Below, one piece after another: positions 17,977-27,818 of a stretch of 64,000 bases of DNA. The notes under the pieces were generated by a model that searched no databases, was not told the origin of the DNA, and saw only the letters and a program-made list of their open reading frames with translations. The DNA is from Candidatus Omnitrophota bacterium (lineage in GTDB: Bacteria > Omnitrophota > Gorgyraeia > B26-G9). The stretch lies in contig JBDRPX010000004.1 of assembly GCA_043826565.1 (NCBI GenBank), positions 10,232-74,231 of the forward strand. Reading direction: 5' to 3'. A program made the position numbers and the translations under genes. Positions within the stretch are counted from its first letter, which is position 1. Every line of letters begins with the position of its first letter.

Positions 17977-19608
17977 ATGAAAGGTAAACTGTTGAATAAA
18001 TTATTTATCATGATGGTGAGTATTTTGATTCTTCCTGTAGCTGCCAGAGCAGAGCTTGTGCTGGTAGCGGATATCGGGATTGAAGCATTTGGCCCGGAAG
18101 TGAAGATTTCCGTCACTTCTAATCTGCCTTTGCAGATTGAAACATTTAAGAGTGAAGAAGGTTCATCAAACTATATAGTTGTCGATTTTTTAGGAGCAGT
18201 ATATTCAGATCTTCCGCCGGTTGTGGATATAAGCAGCGGTGCGGTAGAAAAAGTAAGTCTTGTGCGGGGAGAGGAACAGCCGGTATCAGTAGACGGAAAA
18301 GAATATTACACTCTCGATTTTTTAGCAATTAACTTAAATGCCGATGCTGATTACAAAGTTGATCAGGATATGAATGTTATTGATTTGAAAATTACTGCTG
18401 TTGCAAAATCAGATAAGCTGTCTAAAGAAAGTGAGGCGGTTGTTTTAGAACCGCCGGTAGTTGTTACCCCGAGGAAAGTGGAAGTACCCAAGATTGAAAA
18501 AAAAGAAGATGTTGAAAAAGCGGAAAAAGAAAATAAGAAAGAAGAAGCGAGATTAGCTAAAGAAGCAAAGAAGGCGGAAAGAGCAAAGAAAAAAGAAGAA
18601 GTGAGATTAGCTAAAGAAGCAAAGAAGGCGGAAAGAGCAAAGAAAAAAGAAGAAGCGGGATTGGCTAAAGAAAAGCTGGAGAAAAAAATAGAATCAAAAA
18701 ATCCTGAAAAGAAGAAAAATGTATTAATCGTAAAAGCAGAACCGGAGCAAAACCCGGAGGTTAAAAAGACGGTAAGCCGTGCTGTTGATCCGGCTAATAA
18801 ATATATAATTGATAAGGTTGTCCAAGATACTATGCGTGAAAAAGAGCAGGTTAATTCCCGCATTGAAGAATTGACCGCTCAGCTGCAGCGCATGCAGAAA
18901 GATCTTGACTCCACAAAAGGTGAAAAATCTAAGATAGAAAGTAAAATAAGCGAAATTCTGTCAAGACTTGATGATGTTAATGACGCTTTAGGACTGGAAA
19001 TTAAACGTCGTCGTGAGTTAGGTGAACAGGTTGAGGATTTGGTTGAAAAAAGAAAGGCCTATACGCAGGCAAAGAGAACATTTGAAACTGTTGCCGCACA
19101 GCTTGCCGATACAAATGACAAAGTTGATACTTTGACCGCGGAAGCAGCCGCGGTCAAAGGTAATATTAGTGAGCTGGAAAAAGAAAAGAGTCAGCTAGAG
19201 TCAAAATTTGGCGCGCTTAGTACGGAAAGCGGCCGCTTTGAGGCTGATTATGAAGAGGCTTTGGATTTAAGTAACCGGAGTTCTGCGAAAGTAGATGAAT
19301 TAAGAAGAAAGCTTGAGCAAATGGAGATGACTCTCGCCAAGACCCTAAAAGATGAAGAAGCGCTTAAAGCTAAAGTTAAGGATTTAGAAAGTAAAAGAAA
19401 ATTCAGCAGTATAGAAGCGTCAAATTTTAAACAAAAATTAATGGATAAAGAAATATTATTAGATAATCTCTCCAGAAAATATGAACAGCTGAATAACGAA
19501 TTGGAGCTATCTTTGATGCAAAAGGATAAGCTTGATGAAGAATATAAAGATGCCAAGAATAAATATGAACAAATTAAACGCGAAGTTAAAGAGTCTATTA
19601 AAAATTAA
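17977..19608 (+). CDS. Secreted protein: AMIN-like beta domain, charged repeats, long coiled coil
   Basis: Signal peptide; IVVDFLG segment; KKEEARLAKEAKKAERA repeats; heptad-rich C-terminal half. Confidence 0.7.
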   Translation: MKGKLLNKLFIMMVSILILPVAARAELVLVADIGIEAFGPEVKISVTSNLPLQIETFKSEEGSSNYIVVDFLGAVYSDLPPVVDISSGAVEKVSLVRGEEQPVSVDGKEYYTLDFLAINLNADADYKVDQDMNVIDLKITAVAKSDKLSKESEAVVLEPPVVVTPRKVEVPKIEKKEDVEKAEKENKKEEARLAKEAKKAERAKKKEEVRLAKEAKKAERAKKKEEAGLAKEKLEKKIESKNPEKKKNVLIVKAEPEQNPEVKKTVSRAVDPANKYIIDKVVQDTMREKEQVNSRIEELTAQLQRMQKDLDSTKGEKSKIESKISEILSRLDDVNDALGLEIKRRRELGEQVEDLVEKRKAYTQAKRTFETVAAQLADTNDKVDTLTAEAAAVKGNISELEKEKSQLESKFGALSTESGRFEADYEEALDLSNRSSAKVDELRRKLEQMEMTLAKTLKDEEALKAKVKDLESKRKFSSIEASNFKQKLMDKEILLDNLSRKYEQLNNELELSLMQKDKLDEEYKDAKNKYEQIKREVKESIKN

Positions 19609-19654
19609 TTTTGATTATTCGATAATTATTGGGAACAGAAAGGTAGGTGGATCC

Positions 19655-22222
19655 ATGAGGAAACGTTTTTTTCTGTTGTTAGTTACAACGGCCTTGATAA
19701 TTTTTACTGGTGGCGCGCAGCTTTTTGCTCAGTCGGTTGTCTTAACTGATACAGAAATTAAAGAGGATTCTGACGCCGTACAATTGTTGTTTTCAACTAA
19801 TCGGTCTATTCCCATTGAATGTTATGACCTAAGTACTCCCCCGCAAATCGTGATTGATTTTATGGGTGAAATATATAGTAATAAACCTGAGATCATGATG
19901 GTAAACAAAGGTGCTGTAAAACAGATACGTGTAATAAAGGGGACAAGACAAGCAGCAGACTTAGATGATGCGTATTATTCTGTTGATTTTATTATTGTGG
20001 ATTTAAAAGAAGCCTTGCGATATGACTTTAACCAAGGATTAACTACCGCGGTTTTAGTTATTTCAAAACCGGGAAAAATCGTTACGGCAAAAATTCCCCT
20101 GAAGGAAGTCCCGGAAGTAGAACCTAGGACGGTAAGTCCGGAACCGGTTGAAAAGAAAGTTGTGGAAAAAGAAGTTGTTAAGAAAGAAGCTGTTAAACCG
20201 GTAGTTACTGAGAAACCTTTGCCGGTCGTGAAAAAGGAAAAGCCGTTTTTACTTGAGGAAAAAGAGCGTGATGCTGAGCAGGTGGTAATGCCTGCGAAAA
20301 AAGCGGATAAGGTTGTGGAGGCTTCTGATGAAGGTACTGTCGCGAAAAGTTCCAAAGCGGTTGGTAAAGGAATAGCTAAAGGCGTAGGAAGTTTTGGCAA
20401 AGGAATAAAAAACTTCTTTGGAGGGAAAGATAAAGATTCCAAAGAAGAACCTAAGGAAAATAGAAAAAGCAGAAGATCCAGACAAAATAAGGTAGCCCAA
20501 AAGAAGGAAAAAGAAGAAAAGAAAGCTGCTGCGAAACCGCAAAAGAAACTTTCTGCAAAACCAAAGAAAACAAAGGAGTTCTCCATAGAATCGATCTCCT
20601 TAGAAGAAGCGACAAAAAACTTGGCGGGTGCTAAAAGGGAATGTGGAAAAGCAGAGGAAGAAGTAGATGCCTTAAAGAAAGAAGTTGCTGATATAAATGC
20701 CGGCTTGGAGCAGGAGAAGGAAAAATTCGAAAAGAAAAAATCCGAAATCTCCGCTACTGAGGAAAAGAAAGACAGTGCTGAGAAAGATTTTAAGGCTGCT
20801 TTAAAGAAAACAGATATTGCGAAGAACAAAGCGAACGCTGTCTGGGTCGAATATGCCGAGGTTAAAGATCAGTTAAGCAGTCTTTTAGAAGGGAATGAAA
20901 AAGAAAGTATTATTGAAGATAGACAAAAGAAATATGAGAAAAAGAAAGAAATACTGGAGTCTTCGATCCGAGAAGCAGAAGAAGCTAAAGCGGGAAGCGA
21001 CAAAAAACTAAAAGAATACAATTTCTTAAAAGAAGAAGTGGGTAAATTATCACAGGAAGCAAAAGATCCGGAAAAGAAGATTGAAGTATTACAAAACAAG
21101 CAGCGTGAAACAGAAAAAAAACTTAATCTGGCAATGAATGATTTGAATGCGGCAAATAAGAAATTATCAAAAGCCGGGAGAGATTATAAGAAATATGAAT
21201 TAGAGAAAGCTGATGAGGAATATCGAAAATCCTTATTGGAGATAGATGAAGAAATAATTGTTCAAATGGAAGATCGCAGCAGTAAGCACGTAGAGAAACA
21301 GAAAAATGAAGAAGAAAAACGTAAAAAAATAGTTGAGAAAACCGCGGAAAAAGAAGCCCAGATTGAAGAGGAAAAATTAGAGAAAGAAACGATCAGAGAG
21401 GAACGCGCTCGTAAACGAGAGGAAGCTTTAGCCGCGAGAAAAGCGGAAAGAGAACAGAAAAAGGAAGAGGCTCGATTAGCTAAAGAAGCGAAAATGGCTG
21501 AAAAGGAAAAGAAAAGAGAAGAGGCTAGGCTGGCTAAAGAAGAACGCAAGGCCCAAAGAGAAGAGAAAAGAGAAGAAGCTAGGTTAGCCAAAGAAGCGCA
21601 AGAAGAGCTTAATAGAGAAGAAGAGATAGCTGAGATTGCTAAACAAGATGCTCAGGAAGCAGCTTTATTGCTTGTGCAGGAAAAAAGGCTGAAAGAAGAA
21701 GTTGTTGAGGAATATGCTGAGGAAGAAGTTGCGGAAGAAGAGGTATTGGTTGTTCCTGAAGAAGATAAAGAAATTCGGCCAAAAAGAAGAAAGACAAGTC
21801 TTGCCGCTAAGAAAAAAGCAGTTGAACAAAAATCACCGCGGGAAGAGATCTTGAAATCAGCAGTTGAGTTGCGCAATGCCGGTCTGGAAATGCAGCGTAC
21901 CGGGGATTTGGACCGCGCACTTAGATATTACCAGAAAGCGTTGATGAGTGATCCGGAATATGCGGCGGTGCATAATGACTTAGGTATTCTTTATGAACAA
22001 AAAGGCTTGGATGAGAAAGCAAAAATGGAATATCTTAAAGCTTTAAAAATAAATCCTTATTATATAAAGTCTCACAGTAATTTAGCTCTTTTATATGAGA
22101 AGTTTGGAGATAATAATAAGGCGTATTATCATTGGAAGCAAAGGGCTGAGTTAGGAGATCCTAATGATCCATGGACTGGAAAAGCAAAAGAAAAAATGGA
22201 AGAATTTAAGCAGAGAAAGTAG
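19655..22222 (+). CDS. Secreted protein: AMIN-like domain, long charged coiled coil, C-terminal TPRs
   Basis: Signal peptide; PPQIVIDFMG; EEARLAKE repeats; TPR motifs (YYQKAL..DP.YAAVHNDLG). Confidence 0.75.
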   Translation: MRKRFFLLLVTTALIIFTGGAQLFAQSVVLTDTEIKEDSDAVQLLFSTNRSIPIECYDLSTPPQIVIDFMGEIYSNKPEIMMVNKGAVKQIRVIKGTRQAADLDDAYYSVDFIIVDLKEALRYDFNQGLTTAVLVISKPGKIVTAKIPLKEVPEVEPRTVSPEPVEKKVVEKEVVKKEAVKPVVTEKPLPVVKKEKPFLLEEKERDAEQVVMPAKKADKVVEASDEGTVAKSSKAVGKGIAKGVGSFGKGIKNFFGGKDKDSKEEPKENRKSRRSRQNKVAQKKEKEEKKAAAKPQKKLSAKPKKTKEFSIESISLEEATKNLAGAKRECGKAEEEVDALKKEVADINAGLEQEKEKFEKKKSEISATEEKKDSAEKDFKAALKKTDIAKNKANAVWVEYAEVKDQLSSLLEGNEKESIIEDRQKKYEKKKEILESSIREAEEAKAGSDKKLKEYNFLKEEVGKLSQEAKDPEKKIEVLQNKQRETEKKLNLAMNDLNAANKKLSKAGRDYKKYELEKADEEYRKSLLEIDEEIIVQMEDRSSKHVEKQKNEEEKRKKIVEKTAEKEAQIEEEKLEKETIREERARKREEALAARKAEREQKKEEARLAKEAKMAEKEKKREEARLAKEERKAQREEKREEARLAKEAQEELNREEEIAEIAKQDAQEAALLLVQEKRLKEEVVEEYAEEEVAEEEVLVVPEEDKEIRPKRRKTSLAAKKKAVEQKSPREEILKSAVELRNAGLEMQRTGDLDRALRYYQKALMSDPEYAAVHNDLGILYEQKGLDEKAKMEYLKALKINPYYIKSHSNLALLYEKFGDNNKAYYHWKQRAELGDPNDPWTGKAKEKMEEFKQRK

Positions 22223-22226
22223 GATT

Positions 22227-23501
22227 ATGTCTAACTTAGTGATTGTCGGTGCTCAATGGGGAGATGAGGGCAAAGGAAAAATTATTGATATTCTCTCTAA
22301 AAACGCGGATTATGTTGTTAGGTATCAAGGCGGTAATAATGCCGGGCATACTGTGGTTGTCGGAGAAACTGAGATTATTTTACATCTTGTTCCTTCCGGG
22401 ATTCTGCATAAAAATAAAATTTGTGTTATCGGGAATGGAGTGGTTATTGATCCGCAAGCTCTGCTTACGGAAATCGCTTATCTTAAAGAACGAAATATTG
22501 ATGTTAAAAATAATCTTAAAATAAGTGATAGAGCGCATGTAATTTTTCCCTATCATAAGGTGCTTGATCAGCTTCGTGAAGAAAAGTTTAGAAAAACAAA
22601 GATCGGGACCACCGGTAGAGGGATCGGCCCGTCTTATACGGATAAGTTTTCCCGCGGAGGGATTCGTATCGGTGATCTTTTAAATAAGAAGATATTTAAA
22701 GAAAAATTAGAGTGTAATCTGGAAGAAAAGAATGCGATTTTTACCAAAGTGTATAAATATAAAAAGTTTTCTTTTCAACAGATATATACTCAGTATTTAA
22801 AGTATGCCGAAAAGATAAAGCCGTATGTATGTGATTGTTCGGTTCTTTTGAATGAAGCGATAAGTAAACGCAAAAAAATACTTTTTGAAGGAGCACAAGG
22901 AACACTTTTGGATATCGATAACGGTACTTATCCGTTTGTTACTTCTTCAAATTCTACTGCCGGAGGAGCTTGTGTGGGTACGGGAATAGGCCCGACCAAG
23001 ATTAATAAAGTTACCGGGATAGTAAAAGCATACACAACCCGCGTCGGAGAAGGTCCGTTCCCTACGGAATTTTCGGATGTATTGATGAAAAAAATAAGAC
23101 GTATTGGAAAAGAATTTGGGGCGACTACCGGCCGGCCGCGCCGTTGCGGATGGTTTGACGCTGTTGTGGTAAAACATGCGGTAGCGACTAACGGCTTAGA
23201 CAGCATTGTCGTAACTAAGCTTGATGTTCTGGATACAATGCCGTCATTGAAAATATGTGTGGGATATAAATATAAAGGAATACTGTATACTAATTTTCCG
23301 TCTGATATTGAGGTGCTTTGGAAAGCTAAACCGATATATGAGGAATGTGAGGGTTGGATGGCGGATACAACTCGAGCAAAAAAGTTTTCGGATCTGCCGG
23401 TAAACGCTCGTAAATATCTAAGTAAATTGTCTGGGTTAGTAGGTGCAAAAATTGAAATTGTGTCTGTCGGCTCAGAACGAAACCAAACATTATTTGTCTG
23501 A
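22227..23501 (+). CDS. purA: Adenylosuccinate synthetase
   Basis: GAQWGDEGKGK, GGNNAGHT, EGAQG, TTGRPRRCGW. Confidence 0.97.
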   Translation: MSNLVIVGAQWGDEGKGKIIDILSKNADYVVRYQGGNNAGHTVVVGETEIILHLVPSGILHKNKICVIGNGVVIDPQALLTEIAYLKERNIDVKNNLKISDRAHVIFPYHKVLDQLREEKFRKTKIGTTGRGIGPSYTDKFSRGGIRIGDLLNKKIFKEKLECNLEEKNAIFTKVYKYKKFSFQQIYTQYLKYAEKIKPYVCDCSVLLNEAISKRKKILFEGAQGTLLDIDNGTYPFVTSSNSTAGGACVGTGIGPTKINKVTGIVKAYTTRVGEGPFPTEFSDVLMKKIRRIGKEFGATTGRPRRCGWFDAVVVKHAVATNGLDSIVVTKLDVLDTMPSLKICVGYKYKGILYTNFPSDIEVLWKAKPIYEECEGWMADTTRAKKFSDLPVNARKYLSKLSGLVGAKIEIVSVGSERNQTLFV

Positions 23502-23505
23502 AAGG

Positions 23506-23657
23506 AAAATCAAAAATCAAAAATTAGAAATCAAAATGACAAAGAAAAATGTAAAAAGAATAAAAAATTACAAGAAATAAAATATGATTGTTATTCTATG
23601 ATTTTTCTTTTATAATTTAGATTTGACATTTTGCATTTTGACCTTTGAATTTTGACT
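23506..23657. repeat. Inverted 7-nt-periodic arm element
   Basis: Left arm aaaat-caaaaat-caaaaat-tagaaat-caaaatg; right arm ttttgca-ttttgac-ctttgaa-ttttgac. Confidence 0.75.
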
Positions 23658-23675
23658 TTAACAAGGATACTAAAG

Positions 23676-24353
23676 ATGATTTTATTTTTTGATGATATTG
23701 TTTATCATATAACTGTGCGGATAATGCTTGCGGCATTATTGAGCGGACTTATCGGGTATGAAAGAGAAATCCATGGCCGGGCGGCCGGGTTAAGAACAAC
23801 GATTCTTGTGGGAGTGGGGTCATGCTTAATTATGATAACCTCAATACACATGCATGAAATGTTCGGAGCAACGGCTAATGTTGATCCCGGAAGAATCGCG
23901 GCACAGGTAGTAAGCGGCATCGGGTTTTTAGGCGCCGGGACAATACTGCGTTTTCGCGCTTCGATAAGAGGATTGACTACAGCTGCCGGATTATGGGCAG
24001 TGGCCGGGATCGGACTTGCCGTAGGATGCGGTTTTTATTCTGCGGCGCTTATCTCCACAGCGGTTATTTATATCGTATTGGTAACCTTATCAAGATTCGA
24101 ACATAGAATAAAGAAAAAATTTGAAAAGACATTAAAAATTGATACTATTGGCGGTATTGATCAGCTTGCTAAAATTACTAAAGTTCTTTCGAGTTGTCAA
24201 ATAGAAATAAAAGACATTGAGATAATCGATGCCCTCCAGGAAGGTAAATTTTCTACGAATATGCAGCTGTTGATTTGTGATGAAGGCAGTAGCAGCCAAT
24301 TAACTGAGTCACTAGCCAACATTAAAGGTATAACTGCTATAAAATGGGGTTAA
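23676..24353 (+). CDS. MgtC/SapB family membrane protein
   Basis: IGYERE..GRAAGLRT, DPGRIAAQVVSGIGFLGAG, GLTTAA. Confidence 0.92.
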   Translation: MILFFDDIVYHITVRIMLAALLSGLIGYEREIHGRAAGLRTTILVGVGSCLIMITSIHMHEMFGATANVDPGRIAAQVVSGIGFLGAGTILRFRASIRGLTTAAGLWAVAGIGLAVGCGFYSAALISTAVIYIVLVTLSRFEHRIKKKFEKTLKIDTIGGIDQLAKITKVLSSCQIEIKDIEIIDALQEGKFSTNMQLLICDEGSSSQLTESLANIKGITAIKWG

Positions 24354-25063
24354 AGAAAAAAAAACAAACCAAGGGATCTTCCTCAAAACAAGCACATCAT
24401 ATTTCCCTAAAAGAGCATAGAGTTTGTACGGCACGCGTGGATGTTGGACGGGAAAAACGGCGTGGTTTTCCAGAAGTAATTTATTGTCCGCAAAAAACAA
24501 TTAAACAGATTGAGCAAATTTCCCGATGTATTCTTAAGCACAACGACACCTTGCTTTTAACCCGGGCTAATGAAAAAATATATAAATGTATTAAAAAGAT
24601 TGACCGCCGGGCGGTTTATAATAAACGGGCTAATCTTATTTACATTAAAAAGGAAAAAAAGATTTCCAAAAAAGGGTTAATTTTAGTTATCAGTGCCGGC
24701 ACAAGCGATATTCCGGTGGCGGAAGAGGCCGCGGTTACGGCTGAGCTTATGCAAAATAAAGTTGAACGTCTTTACGATGTCGGGGTTGCGGGAATTCATC
24801 GTTTACTGTCCGAATCTGAATTATTGAAAAAAGCTGATGTTTTAGTGGTTGTTGCCGGAATGGAAGGCGCTTTAGCCAGTGTGGTCAGCGGTATGGTCAA
24901 AAAGCCGGTTATTGGGGTGCCGACAAGTATTGGTTATGGAGCAAGTTTTTCCGGGATCGCGCCGTTACTGACAATGCTTAACAGTTGTTCTCCCGGAGTG
25001 TGTGTGGTGAATATCGATAACGGGTTTGGCGCCGGGTATTTGGCGGGAATGATTAATAAGTAA
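24344..25063 (+). CDS. larB: Nickel-pincer cofactor biosynthesis protein LarB
   Basis: RRGFPEVIY, AGTSDIPVAEEA, DVGVAGIHRL, VPTSIGYG, VNIDNGFGA. Confidence 0.92.
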   Translation: MGLKKKKQTKGSSSKQAHHISLKEHRVCTARVDVGREKRRGFPEVIYCPQKTIKQIEQISRCILKHNDTLLLTRANEKIYKCIKKIDRRAVYNKRANLIYIKKEKKISKKGLILVISAGTSDIPVAEEAAVTAELMQNKVERLYDVGVAGIHRLLSESELLKKADVLVVVAGMEGALASVVSGMVKKPVIGVPTSIGYGASFSGIAPLLTMLNSCSPGVCVVNIDNGFGAGYLAGMINK

Positions 25064-25151
25064 GTTTCAAGTTTCAGGCTGCAGGTCGCAGGATGTATTG
25101 ATAAATCTTTTGCTTTAAGACTTGTGACTTGTGACTTGTGACTTGTGACTG
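25062..25151. repeat. Inverted 7-nt-periodic arm element with perfect (CTTGTGA)x4 right arm
   Basis: Left arm aagttt-caagttt-caggctg-caggtcg-cagg; right arm cttgtga x4. Confidence 0.8.
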
Positions 25152-25163
25152 GAGACTTTTTTT

Positions 25164-26342
25164 ATGACTAGGATTGCCTATTTAGATTGTTTTTCCGGAA
25201 TAAGCGGGGATATGCTCTTAGGTGCTTTTATCGATTGCGGCTTAAAAGTTGCTGATTTAAAAAAAGAACTGGTAAAACTGAATGTTAAAGGGATTGATAT
25301 TAAAACCAGACGAGTAAGGCGCGGGCACATTTCGGGAACTAAAGTAGATGTGATTGCCGGGGGTAAAATTAGATTTTCTAGTTTAAAGAGTATTTTTAAA
25401 CTTATTGATAATAGTAAGCTTGATTCTAAGATAAAAGATTCGGTAAAAAATATATATACAAATTTGGCCAAGGCAGAAGCTGAAGTTCATCATGAGAAAC
25501 TAGAGCAGGTGCATTTTCATCAGCTGGGAGCTTTAGATACGATCGTTGATATTGTGGGAGCTGTAGTAGCGATAAATTTGCTGGGGATAGAACAATTGTA
25601 TTCTTCAAGTATTACTCTGGGCACAGGCATGGTGCGCTGCGGCAAGGATGTATTTCCTTTACCGGCTCCGGCAACATTACAACTGATCAAAGGCCGGACA
25701 GTGTGCATGGATCCTTCTATTTCGCATGAATTGGTTACTCCTACCGGAGCGGCAATATTAGCTACTCTGGCGAAAGAAGTCAAGTTTTTGCCCATGAATA
25801 TTTTGAAAGTAGGTTACGGGGCGGGCAGTTATAATGATCCGGCTTTACCTAATTTATTAACTTTGATAATTGCCGAATCAAAGATATTACCGGAAAAAGA
25901 TAATATAATTGTCGTTGAGACAAATATTGATGATACCCTGGCTTTAAATTTTGAGGTGCTTTTTGAACGATTGTTTGCTGCCGGCGCGCTGGATGTATAT
26001 ACTGTTTCGGTGATGATGAAAAAAATGCGGCCGGGTATTTTACTGAGTGTCCAGGTTTGCGAGAGCCGTCTGGATGAAATTTTGGAGATAATTTTCGAGG
26101 AAACAACTACCCTGGGAGTCAGAATAAACAATGTTTCTCGTCGAAAGCTGCAAAGAAAAATCTTGAAACTCAAAAGCGAATATGGGATAATTGTGAGAGT
26201 GAAAATTGCGGCTTTGGGAGCAAAAACAATGAATATTGCTCCGGAGTACGAGGATTGCAAAAGAATTGCTTTAAAGAAAAACTTACCGTTTAAAAAAGTT
26301 TATGAGAAAATAAAAGCCCAGGCATTAAAGGAGTTTGCGTAA
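25164..26342 (+). CDS. larC: Nickel-pincer cofactor nickel insertase LarC
   Basis: DCFSGISGDM, HFHQLGALD, ELVTPTGAA, ETNIDD, MKKMRPG, PEYEDC. Confidence 0.92.
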   Translation: MTRIAYLDCFSGISGDMLLGAFIDCGLKVADLKKELVKLNVKGIDIKTRRVRRGHISGTKVDVIAGGKIRFSSLKSIFKLIDNSKLDSKIKDSVKNIYTNLAKAEAEVHHEKLEQVHFHQLGALDTIVDIVGAVVAINLLGIEQLYSSSITLGTGMVRCGKDVFPLPAPATLQLIKGRTVCMDPSISHELVTPTGAAILATLAKEVKFLPMNILKVGYGAGSYNDPALPNLLTLIIAESKILPEKDNIIVVETNIDDTLALNFEVLFERLFAAGALDVYTVSVMMKKMRPGILLSVQVCESRLDEILEIIFEETTTLGVRINNVSRRKLQRKILKLKSEYGIIVRVKIAALGAKTMNIAPEYEDCKRIALKKNLPFKKVYEKIKAQALKEFA

Positions 26343-26347
26343 CTATC

Positions 26348-27196
26348 ATGAAAAGAAGACTTTATACATTAGTTGTTCCGCGATTTGAGGATATTTTTCA
26401 TTCTTATTTTGCGCAGGAGATTATTAAAGGTGCCAGTTCTGCGGCTAGCCATATAAATGCCGATTTGCTGATACATATTACCGAGCGTGGTTCTCATGAT
26501 GATTGGATAAGCGCTTGCGCGCTTAAACCGGGGTTTTCCGACGGGATAATGTTTGCGGATATTGATCAGGACCGGAGCGGGCTTAATAGAATTATTAGCC
26601 GGAATATCCCTCATCTTGTTTTAAATAATTATTTTGACGGTCCGGGAAATTGTATTGGTATTGATAATTATAAAGCAACTTTGAAAATTGTTGATTATTT
26701 ACTTAGGCTGGGGCATAAACGTATTGCGACGATTTGCGGAGAACTTAATACGCAAGCCGGATCACAGCGTTTAAAGGGGTTTAAAGACAGGCTTAAAGCT
26801 CATGGCCTAGAGGTTAATGACAAGTATATCAAGAAGGGGGAGTTTTTAAGAACTCCGGCCCGTCGTGCCGCCGAGTATCTGCTGGGCTTGGATAATCCGC
26901 CGACGGCAATTTTCGCGGCTAGTGATGTGATGGCTCTGGAAGTTTTGGATGTGGCTAAGAAAAAAAATATTAAGATACCTGAGGATTTATCAGTGATTGG
27001 TTTTGATGATAATCCGTTAAATGTTTACAGTCCTATATCTCTGACTACCGTGAGGCAGCCGATCGCGGAAATGGCCAGGATGGGGTTGGAGATATTAAAT
27101 AGAATTGTTAAAAGGCAGGAGAAACTTCCGGTAAAGCAGAAACTTTCGGCAAGACTGATTAAAAGAGACTCCTGCGGAGAATATAAAATAAAGTGA
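26348..27196 (+). CDS. LacI-family effector-binding domain protein lacking the N-terminal HTH
   Basis: LGHKRIA, PTAIFAASD, IPEDLSVIGFDD, LTTVRQP; ATG lies just after the larC stop. Confidence 0.85.
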   Translation: MKRRLYTLVVPRFEDIFHSYFAQEIIKGASSAASHINADLLIHITERGSHDDWISACALKPGFSDGIMFADIDQDRSGLNRIISRNIPHLVLNNYFDGPGNCIGIDNYKATLKIVDYLLRLGHKRIATICGELNTQAGSQRLKGFKDRLKAHGLEVNDKYIKKGEFLRTPARRAAEYLLGLDNPPTAIFAASDVMALEVLDVAKKKNIKIPEDLSVIGFDDNPLNVYSPISLTTVRQPIAEMARMGLEILNRIVKRQEKLPVKQKLSARLIKRDSCGEYKIK

Positions 27197-27200
27197 ATTA

Positions 27201-27253
27201 AGACCTCTCACCTAGGCAGGTTCGAGGTTAATTTGCTAAAGCAAATTAAGGAG
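27201..27253 (+). repeat. Two-hairpin + SD leader motif, copy 2 (secG leader)
   Basis: AGACCTCTC-ACCTAGGCAGGT-TCGAGGT-TAATTTGC-TAAA-GCAAATTA-AGGAG. Confidence 0.85.
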
Positions 27254-27260
27254 AAGGAAA

Positions 27261-27665
27261 ATGTACACAGTTTTATTAATTGTTCATGTAATTGTTTCTT
27301 TGTTTTTGATTTTTATCATTTTGATTCAAAGCGGTAAAGGCGAGGGGCTTTCTGATGTTTTCGGCGGCGGATCAAGTCAAACGACTATTTTTGGCACCCG
27401 TACCGGGACTTTTTTAACAAAAGCTACGACGGCTTCCGCAATTATTTTTATGGTTACATGTTTGAGCCTTGCGTTTATATCCCGGAAAGAAGGCGGTTCG
27501 GTTGTGCAGCAGGAACTTCAAAAAGAACAGGTAAACGATAAAATAAAAGGACTTATGCAGGGAGCTAAAGAAGCCCAGGAAAAAGCTGCGTCAACACCAG
27601 CAGCACCGGCAATGGCTGAAAATGTCCCGGAACAAGCACCAACAACACCGGTTCAAGGGGAGTAA
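27261..27665 (+). CDS. secG: Preprotein translocase subunit SecG
   Basis: Two TMs around ILIQSGKGEGLSDVFGGG...FLTKAT. Confidence 0.93.
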   Translation: MYTVLLIVHVIVSLFLIFIILIQSGKGEGLSDVFGGGSSQTTIFGTRTGTFLTKATTASAIIFMVTCLSLAFISRKEGGSVVQQELQKEQVNDKIKGLMQGAKEAQEKAASTPAAPAMAENVPEQAPTTPVQGE

Positions 27666-27669
27666 ATAA

Positions 27670-27802
27670 AATATACAATAGACAATAAACAATAAACAAA
27701 TTACAAGTAATAGACAAGGAACAAAGAATCAATAAAATTAGGATAAAATATTTTATTAAATTTTTTGTAATTTGGAATTTGTGATTTGTAATTTGTAATT
27801 TT
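27670..27802. repeat. Inverted 7-nt-periodic arm element
   Basis: Left arm caataga-caataaa-caataaa-caaatta-caag; right arm ttgtaat-ttggaat-ttgtgat-ttgtaat-ttgtaat. Confidence 0.78.
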
Positions 27803-27818
27803 AGGGATGGGGGAGAGT

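Noticed and set aside
18363-21876. Long Phe/Ser-rich minus-strand ORFs (166, 284 and 109 aa)
   Set aside because: Antisense shadows of Lys/Glu-rich coiled-coil genes
25120-25151. (CTTGTGA)x4 and other short arrays as CRISPR
   Set aside because: Units are 7 nt with no spacers and no cas genes; no CRISPR array is seen in the window
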